In this document: positions 52,441-64,000 of the stretch, piece after piece | How the letters are laid out: the number at the start of each line of letters is the position of its first letter | Position numbering within the stretch: the stretch's first letter is position 1 | NCBI GenBank assembly: GCA_905178155.1 | Contig: CAJINV010000003.1 | Coordinates: forward strand, 7,125,612 to 7,189,611 | Direction of reading: 5' to 3' | Length of the DNA: 64,000 nt | From: Amoebophrya sp. A120 | Lineage: Eukaryota > Protista > Dinoflagellata | The notes under the pieces: generated by a model | What the model was told of the DNA's origin: nothing | The model's input: only the letters and a program-made list of their open reading frames with translations | Database searches by the model: none | Made by a program: the position numbers and the translations under genes

Positions 52441-52662
52441 TATGCCATGTAAAATCAGCATCGCCATGCCCGACCTCGATATGGCATACATGCGTCTCGA
52501 ACTGGATAACTTCTGATGCGTCAGCCTCCGAGCTAGAAGCAATCTAAGCTGAAGAACCAACAAGGTTGACTCTTTACGATTATTATGAGCATTCGCATGG
52601 ATGGAAAACAAATGAAATGAGTATGACGACCACGTCGTCGATGGTGATTTTACATGGGGATA
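52441..52662. mobile_element. TAT...ATA-family element, TSD CGTGG/CGAGC
   Basis: TIRs TATGCCATGTAAAATCAGCATCG and TATCCCCATGTAAAATCACCATCG. Confidence 0.78.
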
Positions 52663-53310
52663 CGAGCACTTCTGGATCCAAGTACTCTGCGTCGCAATTC
52701 TATGAAAGGCAAGAATGAAAAGCGCGCCCGCACGTGCTTGCTGGGACTATCTCAGAAGTACATGCATACTAAGTTAGTCTGTTGATGGCCTCCAAGATCT
52801 GCATGCTGTTTACAGTGTCACTACAGGAGATGAAACCGAAACGCATCAAATTCCTATTTGTGTATTTTCTGCCTTAAATCACCAGTCCCGTGCATGCGCG
52901 CATACTACGGCCGTGGGTCGTTCACCTCGCGATCCCGCGCATTTCTTTCAATTCCATAACAAAACGCGCTCCTCCTGAAGTGGTATTTTTTGTAGTTTTC
53001 ACATTTAGCAACTCCCTCAGTTTATTGTCAGTTTCAATACTTATCTGGTTTGACTTGCATCTTCTAGAGCGTGAATTCTTGCCTGTGGAGCGGCTGCATC
53101 AAAGTTGCGACTCAGAACAAGCTAAGCAGAGCACTAAAAAACCCAGTGACAGGAGGAGGCTTCTCCTCAAACGCGCAGCTTTCCGCCACGAAGTCACGAA
53201 ATAAGAAAAACTCGTTTAGACTCAACTCAGCGCCTTCTACTTCTTTTCTTGGAATGCCTACTATGGCTTTTCTGCCCATTCTGCTTCGTTCGTGCTTGAA
53301 TGAAGGGATG

Positions 53311-53882
53311 TCATAAATTATCGCCAAAAAGTAAAATATAAGAACAAACTGAAACAGGTTGTTTAGCAAAAATGTGAGGTACCATCGGCAACACAATGGG
53401 AGACGCTTCGACTTCGGTGCCCGGCTTAATATCAATGCGCGTAGTTCCACCAGCCTTCTGGTGGTCGTTTTGCGAGGCCGGGCCGTCGGGTGGCACATCG
53501 TCGTGCTCAACCTCATGTTCATGTGAGACGTCTTTCTTGGCTTGGTTTCTTTCCTTCTCCTCGGCCGCTCCTCGGCTACTTTTTTCCGACGTCTCTGCAT
53601 TACCCGCAACTGCTTGCAGACCGGCCGGCCGAGCCCGCCAGGAGTCAGATTCGAACGCACCCATTTCACCTCCTGTTGCTGGGTTTTGTCCCTGTTGGAC
53701 TTTGCTGCTCCAAAGGGCCCTCCGCTTCTGCTTGGCCACCGCTTGCGCGACGTTCTCCTTGTGCAAGTCCAGCACCTTCTTCCGCATTCTATCGGCCCAA
53801 GCGTCGAACACCTTTTGCGGATCCTTGTATGACGGAATTTGGTCTCGGTAGCTCTCGTGGGCAGTTTCCAGCGCCTCCTCAC
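53311..53882 (-). CDS. Probable exon of an unidentified charged protein
   Basis: 166-aa ORF FDAWADRMRKKVLDLHKENVAQAV... with coding-like composition. Confidence 0.45.
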
Positions 53883-56800
53883 TTAGGCGCAGAAACTCAG
53901 CGTCCTGTCAAAAAATTGATCGTAAGTGAAAACGAAAAATGAAAAGAACGAATACCACCGCACTCACAGAAGAACGAGGAGGCTAGGGCTAGATGGTGGG
54001 AAGTTCGAGGCCGGCGCACCAAAAGGTGCCTTCGCCCCGACAAGGTAACGCCCTTGACTCGGAGGCAGACCACGAGGATACTGTAGCTCAATAAAAGCTA
54101 AAGACAGTCGCCACCGTGGAGGCGTGTGGTCTTGGCGCTGAGTCAGATTGAAGCTGATTATGCATTTGCCCTGTCGGCCTCGGCTGCCCAAAGAGTTTTT
54201 TGAACGTGATCTGGCCTAAAAATGGCGTGGTGCAAATCTTGTTGCAAGAACCTCACATTACTGATGCAGCATCGGACTTAGACTTTCCATTTCACTGTGC
54301 GAAATTCTTTACTTCTTATTCTTTGTCATCTTTTTCACAGTTCCTGGTAGGGGTCGTGCTCCTCGTCTTACAGTTACAGAACCCGCCTCAATCAATCTTC
54401 TATTAGTTGGGCGGCATGCGCATGATCTCGATCTGCTTCATTCAGCAGGTTAGCAGAAGCAGTCTTTACTTAAACAAAACAAATACTGTGACTACAGATC
54501 ATCCTCACAACCAAAAAAACGCGTACTTTCAGGATAATGTCGTTCGCAAAGAGCAAGTTCATGACGGTTCCCGCGCTATGCTTTTTCGGAACGTTTTGCA
54601 CATAAAGGACGTGCTGCTGCTTGCCTTTTTTTCCTCTATTAATCTTGTCCGTCACATTCTGGTGCAGTTTCTGGCTCTTGCTTTTTTCCGTCGTATCCTC
54701 GCAACGTATCAAACAGAAAAAAGGCCTAGCTTTTTGTATAATCAGTGATGGCATCGCCGCGCAGAGACGACGAGTAGACATGATGCAGGTACAGTCTGTG
54801 AAAGTAGTTTTCGTCACTGTGTGATGCATGTCTTTGAAAAAGAAAAAGTTTGTTCTCGTCGGTCTCGGTGCTGACCAGCAACATGCTAGGCCATTGCACA
54901 AGCACACTCGTGAGTCTCTCCTTCCGCGGTAGAGGTCAGGACATCAAAGTAATAATTGTCTGCTAGTAATTTTCTGCATCATATTCATATCTTCTTGATT
55001 GTCAGTCGTGTTGTTCGATGTTGCGCCCCGTCGGTGCACAGCCGATCCGTCGTGGGTGCCTGTCAAACTGAAAAGTGCGCCTTCCCCCCGGAGGTTCCTG
55101 GAGATTCCAGTTCGACGTGCACTAGTTCTAGTTTGGTGGGTTGCAAAGAGCTCGAAAGCGACGGCTCTATTTTCTCCCGCATGAAAGGACGAGGGCTCTT
55201 GCTTGCTTCAGATGAGAGGACGAGGCACGCAAAGCGGCTCTTCATGACAAGCGCTGCCCTTCATTTTGGGCTTTCATTTTGCAACGCTGATCATTTTCGC
55301 TAGTCTACACCGGAGAAACAAGGTGGTGCCGTTTGTATACTTCGCACGCAGAGCATTAGTCCCATCGTGTTGGGACGCTTTGCAGTTGGTTCTGGGATAG
55401 GGGCGGGGCGCAGCTTTTCAACACGATAGAACCCCCATCGCCAGCTTCCCCCTTGTCCTGCCTCCTGGTGCTGAGTAGTTTTTCATATTTGTTCTATGTG
55501 CTGTCGCCCATATATCACATCTTATTTTCCAGCGTGCTAGGCGGGCACAGAAATAAATCTTGGAATATGCAAGTGAAAGTGGTCAAGAACGATGCACAGC
55601 GCCTTGTTATTTCGTATTTCTGTGAAACTCGTGACTCTGAAGTGCTGTGCTCGCGGTGTAAAAACTACGAAATCCTCTGTTCTTGGTCGTCTGGATCTGG
55701 TGCTCCTTGGCTGTGGTATGAGCATGAGGCACGTGTGTAGTAGAAGTAGTTTATGTGAAGACTACAGCCTACGCCTACCAACATACAGATACAGTACATA
55801 CCTGACAGGCGAAACAAAAGGTGGCTGTGCAGCTAGAAGAGACGGCTCACCTCCTTGAGAGTCGTCTACTACGCCCTCCGCAATCTCAGCGCCAGCACCA
55901 GACTTCGGGGCACGAGCCGCTCCGTCCGCTCTCCCGGGACTCGTTGCAGCCGGTAGACGAGTAGAAGTAGGTGAGTCTACATGTTGACCTGTACGTAGTT
56001 GTACAGCAGGAATCTCTTCTTTATCGGAATTCGGGTTGTCGACGCTAGTCACCGGCTGCTGCTGGGCGTTGTGCTCCATCTCTGCGGCTCAAAAATCTTG
56101 ATGTCGATAGCTTGTTATTTGCTTGTGTGTGTTCTATGCAAAAGCGAAAAGTCCCCACCCACGAGTTGCTACGCTCTCTTCAAGCAAACCACAGCACGCT
56201 CTCCCCCAACGTCGCCATGCAGCAGCAGATCTCGCATGTGTGCGAGGTCAGGTCTCTGAGGCGGCCTCGCACAAGGACGACCAGGTACGTTTTCTAAGCA
56301 ATAATATGTGCTGGTAACTACTTGTCACGGTGCTCCACGCAGAACAAGCAGATCGCACTTTTCTTTGGCGGCGCTCCTTGCTGATCACGTCGATACATAA
56401 CGCTGCTGTCCTACGTGCGTGATCATCCTCACTGCATTTTCGAGATCTCATTTTGTTTTTGACGATGGAGTGCGGACGTTTTCGCTCGGGATAGTGGTCC
56501 ACTGGCCTTTGGTCCGCTGGCCCTGACTCGAATTCTACTATGTCGAGTCTTTTCCAGTTGTTGCACGCGTCTCGCGTACCCGACACGACCTGGTAGACTG
56601 CTGGCTGGTGCAGCCGTTTCTTCGTAATTATCTTCGTGTGTGTCCTGCTCTCCTGTGCCTTCTTCTTAGCCGCTCGAGCTGAAGTGCCCTTCCAACTCCA
56701 AGCCACTGCAAGCGGCTTGTTTGCTGGTGCCAATCACCCAGAGCCAAAGGTGGAACGAGTAAAAGTGAAACTAAAAATGTAAAGGAGGTGGCTGGTCAAA

Positions 56801-58973
56801 AAGATATCAAATTCGTAACTGGTTAGAATAACAAGAGCAAGACTTTGGCACTTTTTTAATAATTTCAATTGAATCCGAAAAACGAGGAGCAACTTTTTTC
56901 AATATTTAGCTCCAGGCATTCTTGCTGCTATGATTGTTTTTCTAGTGAACCGAGAGTGGAGAGATACAGACGCACAACAAAAGCCGGCTCCAATTGGCTC
57001 TTGCTGTGCCGCCCAATCGTCTCTACCGCGTGTTCCTAAATTACATCATGCAATCAGAGTCAAAAGTGTCGACAAGAACAACTACGCGGACTAGGTTTTG
57101 CTTGGATAAATATTCATAGGGCGAGAAAATTGATAGAAATAAAGAGAAACTGATGTACAAGGCTGGTAAGCGTCTAAAATCTAAAGAAAAAACTTGATGT
57201 CTCCGCCCATCAGTCAAAAAGGTGCTGGCCCTTCTAAGTAATCCTGAAGGGCGGGCTGTTTGTTGAAGAAGGAAACTTTTTACGTCGGCCAATTATACTC
57301 AAGCGGAATACTTCTGCTAGGTTCGGTGAACAGCAAAGGGGTAAAAGTAAAACTCAAAATAATTAGGAAAAAAAACTACATAAGTCAATACTGTAAAGCG
57401 ATAGAGTTTGCTTGCAGCGTCGAACGCAAGAAAGCTAACATCGGGTAGCAAACTCGAGCCCACTGGTTCTCGCGACTCCGTTCGTTATTGATTTTGACTT
57501 TCTCTGTTTCAGATACAGTTATCTAACTTGCCCTACTTCAACGTCTATACAAAGAATAGTGAAGCCAAAGAGGTTCTGGATGGCGAAAGCTAAGCGATGT
57601 TACCGCTATCGCGAATCGCCTCCAGATGTAAAAGAGCAGGATGATTAGTGTGTGAAATCGCAAGCTGAAGCTCAAGACATCTACAACTACTCAGCAACCG
57701 TCACACTCTTTTTTTATTTCCTCTGCAGGAAGCACGTTCAATAGGCACAGGTTGGTCCGCTGCCAGTACTGCTCCTGCTGGCTGCTGCACATCTTATTCA
57801 AAGCGTCGAAAAATACGAATGGCCTATAAATATCGAACAAAAGAAATTTGGTGAAAAAGTGGTTTGAAATAAAAACGCAAACGCTTGTGTTTTTGTTCGC
57901 TTTATTCGAGCTCGAAGAAGGTTCTTCAGGCGCAACGCGCTGCGGTACCGGTACCGATCTACGAGAGTTAGAATTTCTTCAGACGAGGGACGAGAGGGAA
58001 GCGTCAAATAGTGGCTCTGCGTTACTTTATCTCCGTGCTATGTTCAGATTCAATTTTGCTCAGTATATGTTGCGCATAACAATTACAACCTGCTCACCAC
58101 TGCTGACACAAACAAAATGCCAACAGAAGTTCGGTCGAAGTCAATGCGCAATTTATTCAGAACAAATCGAAAAATTTATGGCAGCAAAGAAAAAATAAAC
58201 GTTGACAGAGGCACGCAGCATCAATAAAAGAAAAAAATCAGCAAACTCAAAATTTAAAAACTGAATATACCACGAGTATGCTTGCGGTAAGGCGCTAGCA
58301 GTAGCACTTCTATCTACGCAACCATACTCAGAAGTGAGTGCGCAGGAGAAAATCAAATATCTATGAGTAGTTCCATGGAAGGCCGCGCAAGGACAACAGT
58401 GGGCTGCTTAGGTTTCTGCGCTGCGACAAACGGACACCAGACGAATGCTGCTTGATAGTGCAAACAAGAAACAGTAGTTTGGAGCTGAAAGGAAGGTAAA
58501 AAGTCGCTAGTCGCAGCTTTTTCAAAGTAAGTCGCAGTCGAAAAATTCAACCGGACACAACAATGAGTATCGGCTTTCTAAAGATAAAGTCTATCAAAAA
58601 GCTCCAATACCAATACCAGACCGAAGGGATTTGCTCTTCCTTCCCCGGGTGAAAGAAGGTGAAGTGATGAATGTTGTAGGGAATTATGGTATTAACAGCA
58701 CACGACAGTATGAAACAAGAAAGGTCGCGTATCTCTGTGCTTGGTTTGACTTTTGGCTGTTTACTTCGTCCGGCATGCAAAGAGAAATGCTTGTTCAGCT
58801 AGTGGTCCCGAGCAGTAACGACAACAGATCCATATGCCCATTCCGCTAGTCACAACATCAACAGCAAGCACAGACGTGGCGCAGTTTTCTCCAACTTGAT
58901 ACAAGTGTCAATGACGTTGTAAAAGCTGGACCGATATCCGCATCCGGAAGGCGTTACTACTCAACGGTGAGCG

Positions 58974-60244
58974 GGTACTGGGTAGGTCCGACAAAAGGAT
59001 CGAACCGGACAACAAGAAAAAGTGTTTACGTTTACGGTTTTCAGTTTTTTGGAAAAAAATTTTTTTGCGGCCACTCAGCACCACAAATTTTGATTTTTTT
59101 TTCTTGCAGCCGCGCAGGCATCCCCTTTGCCCTTTCGGGGCTCTGAAGTAGTAAAACTGTGGGGAAGCAGCTAACGCGCGGGATGCGAAAACTATGCAGC
59201 GCCGCCATAATATTGCGCCCATTCAAACTTTGGATTAGCAGCCCAGCCCCTGCCCGGGCTCCCGGGCAATGATGGCCGTAGGCTGGTGGCCCAGGGCCCC
59301 AGGCATTGGTGATGAGATCCGCCCCCGAAGGCGTCGCAACCATCGACCCCGGAGGGGGACCTGTTTGGGTGAGGGGAAATGGATCATAGCATGCTGTCTA
59401 GAGATGACGTTTACGGTTTTTGAGGGTAGTGGAGAAATCCGAGGAAAAAAGCATCACTTTGGCACCATTTCGAGGCCAAAAATTGCAAATCCCAGAAAAA
59501 CCGTAAACGCCTTACCTTTACCTAGACAGCACGCTATGACCCATTTGCCCCCAATCAAACTGGGGCAAGCACGCGAGCACACTTTCTGGACAGGGAAATC
59601 GAGCATAGCGTGGTGGCTAGAGAGGGTGTTTACGGTTTTTGGGGTCGATTTTATACAAAACAACAGGTTTTCGGAGGGATGGGTCGACCATACCGCTGTG
59701 GTTAGGTAAGGCGTTATACGGTTTTTGGGGTGCCGGCAAATTTTATGCATTTTGGTACCCAAAATTTGCCAATTTCCCACATCCTCAAAAGTTCGACTTT
59801 TTCTCCAGTCATGGAGAAAATTTGGCTTGAAGTTCCAAAAGGTCCGAGATGGAAGTTTTGGCCGCACAGCGATGAATTGGTGACGAGGCCACGCAAATGC
59901 AGCCAGCTCTTAGACCGACAAGTCCGAGCCTCAGCCACTCCTCGAGGCTGGACTGTCCTGACCCGGGTCCAAGAGCCGACGTTGAGGGAAAGGCACAAAA
60001 TCAGGTGGCTCCGGTGGGGGATATTCCGTGTCGCCATACCTTGCGCACTAGCTAGATCCAACCCAGTGAGCTACTGCAGAGTCCCGCAATAGCTAACAGA
60101 GTCAAGGGGTCAACTTCAAGTTCTAAAAAATGCCCTGAATGCACACTGAAAAATATTTTTATCCAAAAAACGATAAACCGTAAACGTAAACGCTTTTTCT
60201 TTCGATAGGTACTGGGTAGGTCCGACAAAAGGATCGAGCCGGAC
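58974..60244. mobile_element. 1.2-kb element (59011-60207) with ~50-bp imperfect TIRs, flanked by a 37-bp direct repeat
   Basis: GGTACTGGGTAGGTCCGACAAAAGGATCGARCCGGAC at 58974-59010 and 60208-60244. TIR AGAAAAAGYGTTTACGTTTACGGTTT at 59015+ and ending at 60200. Confidence 0.9.
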
Positions 60245-62742
60245 TGATTATCACAGGCTCAGGTGGATGAGGCTTGCGGCTATTAGACAGACGGCGTCGC
60301 GGACGCGTTCCTTTTTTTCTTCCCGGCTCCAACGCGAAGCGAGCTCTTGTGGCCCCGAGTGGTTCTTTTGGTTCTTCTTGTTCTTGCCTCCGCAGCTTGC
60401 TTCACAACTTCGCACGTAAGGTACTGTATCCTGCCGCGAGTCACTTAGTCGTGAAGATGATTTGTAGTATGTCCGTCGAAGTCACAACATACAGCTTTTT
60501 TTTACTTCTTCCCACAGAAAGGCGCAGCAAAGGAGCTACAGCTGGTGCTGAAACAGCGTGCGCGCGCCCTCACAACTGCTGGAAAATCGGTGGAGCAGTG
60601 TAGCAGACGTTGTTGTTGAGTATCGCTTCATCGTAAATTCGCAGGAACAAGTAGCTCAAGCGATTGTACCACATCAACAGTTCTCGTGTAGTACTAAGCA
60701 GTACTGCTCTCAACAATAATCAGGCGTCGCAGATCAAGGCGCCTTATATCGTCGCGCACACCAAACCCCTAAAATTTTTGTGAAAAGTTGATTATTGAGT
60801 TGTGTCTCCATCACGGAGTTTTGCTTCCTTTACAAGGCAAAGCCACGTCGACCTTCGAATTATTCTTTCTGGTCGGCATCTCGTTCGGTATACCTTCGAC
60901 TGCTTTTTCGCCTCCTTTCTGTCTCAATGCCAAACAAGTCGAAACACGAGACGTATCGATCGAAAAGGCTGCTGAGAAAGTTGCCCTTGCCACCAAACGT
61001 AGCATCAACAAAATCTTTGTGTAGAAGCTAGCGAGCCAAGACAATGCCACACGATCTTGATGAAGATGATGCTCATACTGCGATTGTAGTTTGTATTTTA
61101 GCGGATCTTCATACGACGGAACAGAATCGTGTTTCAAATATAGTAAAAAGCAAAAGTTCCTACGTATCATATTTTTCCTGTCCCACCTTTTACAGCTACC
61201 ACACAACGAGTTAAGAACTTGCAATAGGAATGGCTAGTATCAAATCGCCAATATACGCTCGTCCTTCTTTCACTCTGTTGCCGCCCTGGTGCTGGTAAAT
61301 TCAAAAGAAGCAAGATGAAAAGAATCAATGGCGGGCGATGGACAGTTTGGCGCAACCCGGACTCACACACATGAATTTTCCCTCTTTATTTTTGCTTTTC
61401 ATGTTCATCTGACGTCGCCTGTATGTAGTGCAGGGACCCCACATAGATATTGCGTACCTTCTGCTCAACAATTTTGTTCTGCGATGGTAATAAAATATTT
61501 AAAGTTACAGGCGAGGCGGAACTACTACACTTCATATATATTTACATCATGGCAGGAAGGAGCTCTCTGCGTCTTGTTCTTTTTCCGTGTAGTACGCTGA
61601 CTCGCGGATTAAAGCGACGCACTAGCGCCACCATCTGCTGGCTCCTACTATTACACTCTCGCTGTCGACGCTCTGATGCTGATGGATGGAATCTCGTGAA
61701 AATGAAGTTTAGTACAGAAGACGTGAACAAATTTGGATCTTTTTTTTTCCCACAGCTTTGTTTCAGTAGCCGGCTTTTTGTATCAGCTGTGCTAGTCCTA
61801 AAGTTGTCGATGCGAGTCTCTCTTTCAGGGAAAAGACAGCATCAAACATGGTAAAGTACTGAATAAAAATCGCGGCACGTACAACACTGTCTGTTTTCGT
61901 CTTGAAAGTGGGGCGGAGACGGACTACTTCCTTTTTTTTTCTGCTCACCACAAGATACACGCAAAGCGCAACACACAGCTTATCCCAAACCCGCCCTCGT
62001 CCATCGGTCATTGCCTGTCGCGAAAACGTAGTACGAAGCTGTGCGCGTTCCAAGCTTGCGTGTATTTGTCAACAAGTGGCTTTGTCGTTCCCTTCCGGTA
62101 GCATATCAGGCTTTCTTTGACTGCGACTGCGATCCACCCGCCCAAAGATTGGAACAGTTTCTGTCTTTCTGGTCCTCGTCCTCGTGCAGGAAGTACTACA
62201 ACGAAAGGAGCAGCGCTCTCGTTATAGCGACATGCACGACCCCCGCACAATCGTGTCACAACGGCCGCGTCAGCTTGCTGCGGTTCGAATTCGATGAAAA
62301 AAAGATAGAAGCTACTGGAATCCTCCGAGCTACTCCATACTTAGTTTACGTGCATCTGTTCTTGGCTCTGTGTCTTTTCGGCGGATCACTTTCCTATTTG
62401 CGGAGTTTATCCTACTACGTAGCAATGCTGGTCAACAACATCGAACTGGTGAAGCTCCAGCTGAAGCGGAAAGCAGGAAGCATATGTCGTTCGTTCTCCG
62501 CTTTCTTTTTATTGTAGTGCTGAAGACGTTAGCCCGACGGCGTTCCTGGATGAATCGCTGCAGAAAAGATAGAACGACGAGCTGGCGGCTTTGAAATTTT
62601 TCTGCTCGTTTTTTATTTCCGTTTTCTGGTCCACCGTGTTCTGACGACTGACAGGCTGGCGGAGATATAACAGGTACGTTGAACCCGTGAAAGTCGCGCT
62701 GCTAAAGCGAAAGAAGTACTTACTACCAGCGCAATCTTCATC

Positions 62743-64000
62743 TCATCCCGAACCAGCACGAGCGGGCAACAGTTGCGACGAACACGAGCCGAATCCCACC
62801 TTAGCGTCCGCGGTGGTGCCACGCAAAACGACTGCGTCTCGGTCTTTGAGAAATTTTCGCACATCACCGTTCTGGAGCGCTACTTCGTCACGGCCCGCCC
62901 AGGTGAGTTCCAGAAGACACCCGCGCTCAGATTTTTCCGGACCCGATATAGTCCCTGTACCAATCAGGTCGCCTGATATGATACTACGTGAAAGCACCTT
63001 GGTGACATCGTATACGTACTTACAAGCTGTGGCTTTGCGTGTTGTTGCTTTTGCTGTGTGTTCTTGTCTTACTTCTGTCCTCTTCTACTTTATGATTCTT
63101 GTTGGCATATTGTTATTGAGATAATTCACGCTAGCTCTATGCTGATCCTGTTTTCAGAATTGCGTGGTGTGTACTCTACTTATGTTTTGTATTTCTGTCA
63201 TGCCCGCCCCCGCCCCCCTACATCCCCGATTTGTACGTATGCGCAGGTGCGTTTTAGTTTCAAAGTGCATAGGTTGCATGTTGCAGCCATTCGAGGCATG
63301 GTGTGTCAGTTGCTGCGCGAGGGACCAATACATATACTTGAGGTTCGTGCGAGTAACCACTGTTTCGCTAAGGCCTCCGTCCGTGGTTGGCACTGCAATC
63401 TCCGCCGTCAATCTGACGTCAAAGTTTCCCCGCGCGCCTTCTGGTTGTCGCAGATAGGGCAAGGGAAGAGGGTCCGTCTGCGGTGGAGTGTATCACATTA
63501 ATATAATTTTCAAGTCGTCACGACCATGCTACCATGGCGTGAATTAAAATTTCTGGAAGTCGAAGATCTTTTTTGCTATATCATGTATCTGCCGGCGCCG
63601 GTAGGAGCACGCAGCAGGAAAAGCCGAGACGGCCACAGTAGCAATTACTTTTCATTCCAAACAATCGCAAAAAGAAGTGGCCACCTGCTTCTACCCATGA
63701 ATACATCAGCAGCACATCCTTGTTGTACTTTGTACATGGGCGGCTTTGTAAAAATCTTGATGTTTGATTCAATGCGATAACGTGGGGACACGATAGGGCT
63801 CAAGCGCAGCCATGGGAACGATCCAGGGGGAAATAATGGTGCCAAAGTTTTTTGCCAGGAAGGGTCCAAGAGGCACATACTCCCACTTTTGCAGGTCCCG
63901 CGCGGACCAATCGTTGAGCAGAACCAGGCCGAAGAGTCGTTCCTCTGCTTCCTGAAGAGATAGAGTCTCGCCTAGAGCCATAGGCTTTCCGCCGATAAAC
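62743..64000 (-). CDS. FAH: Fumarylacetoacetase (fumarylacetoacetate hydrolase), C-terminal exons; 5' part lies beyond the window
   Basis: [39 protein letters not shown]; [21 protein letters not shown]; [21 protein letters not shown]; FLKDRDAV; VGFGSC..LLPA. Confidence 0.96.
63491..63779. mobile_element. TAT...ATA introner in FAH, TSD GAGTG/ACGTG
   Basis: TIRs TATCACATTAAT..TTCAAG and TATCGCATTGAA..ATCAAG. Join PYRVPT|(S/P)[11 protein letters not shown] fits the FAH QDP.PLPYL motif. Confidence 0.85.

Noticed and set aside
55495-55800. Another TAT...ATA introner (TATGTRCTGT ends)
   Set aside because: Only a 10-bp inverted match and no TSD. The right end is adequately explained as a canonical GTATGT donor.

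Overview
Eukaryotic, intron-rich genomic DNA. Nearly all recognisable genes lie on the minus strand: an APC/CAT-type amino-acid permease, a Mei2-like RRM protein, fumarylacetoacetase, and several unidentified low-complexity proteins. The architecture suggests a dinoflagellate-lineage organism such as Amoebophrya (inference). Three distinct classes of insertion interrupt these genes. (1) At least 11 elements of about 190-540 bp have TAT...ATA terminal inverted repeats (TIRs), 5-bp target duplications (TSDs) and usually a subterminal TGTCATGC motif. Removing an element plus one TSD copy rejoins the reading frame, including inside conserved domains, so they behave as introner-type, mostly non-canonical introns. 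(2) Six unrelated 0.8-1.7 kb insertions are flanked by unusually long, variable direct repeats (16, 37, 52, 62, 66, 67 bp). At four of the five loci the repeat begins 9-14 nt upstream of a YAG, which would re-create a 3' splice site; two of these insertions sit at the same base. (3) GAGCGGGGTAACAAA-terminated elements have 3-bp TSDs (PIF/Harbinger-like); one carries a 2.4-kb CpG-saturated, almost TA-free cargo that reads through in frame. No transposase, reverse transcriptase, rRNA, convincing tRNA or CRISPR system was recognised. Exon boundaries are inferred from sequence alone.
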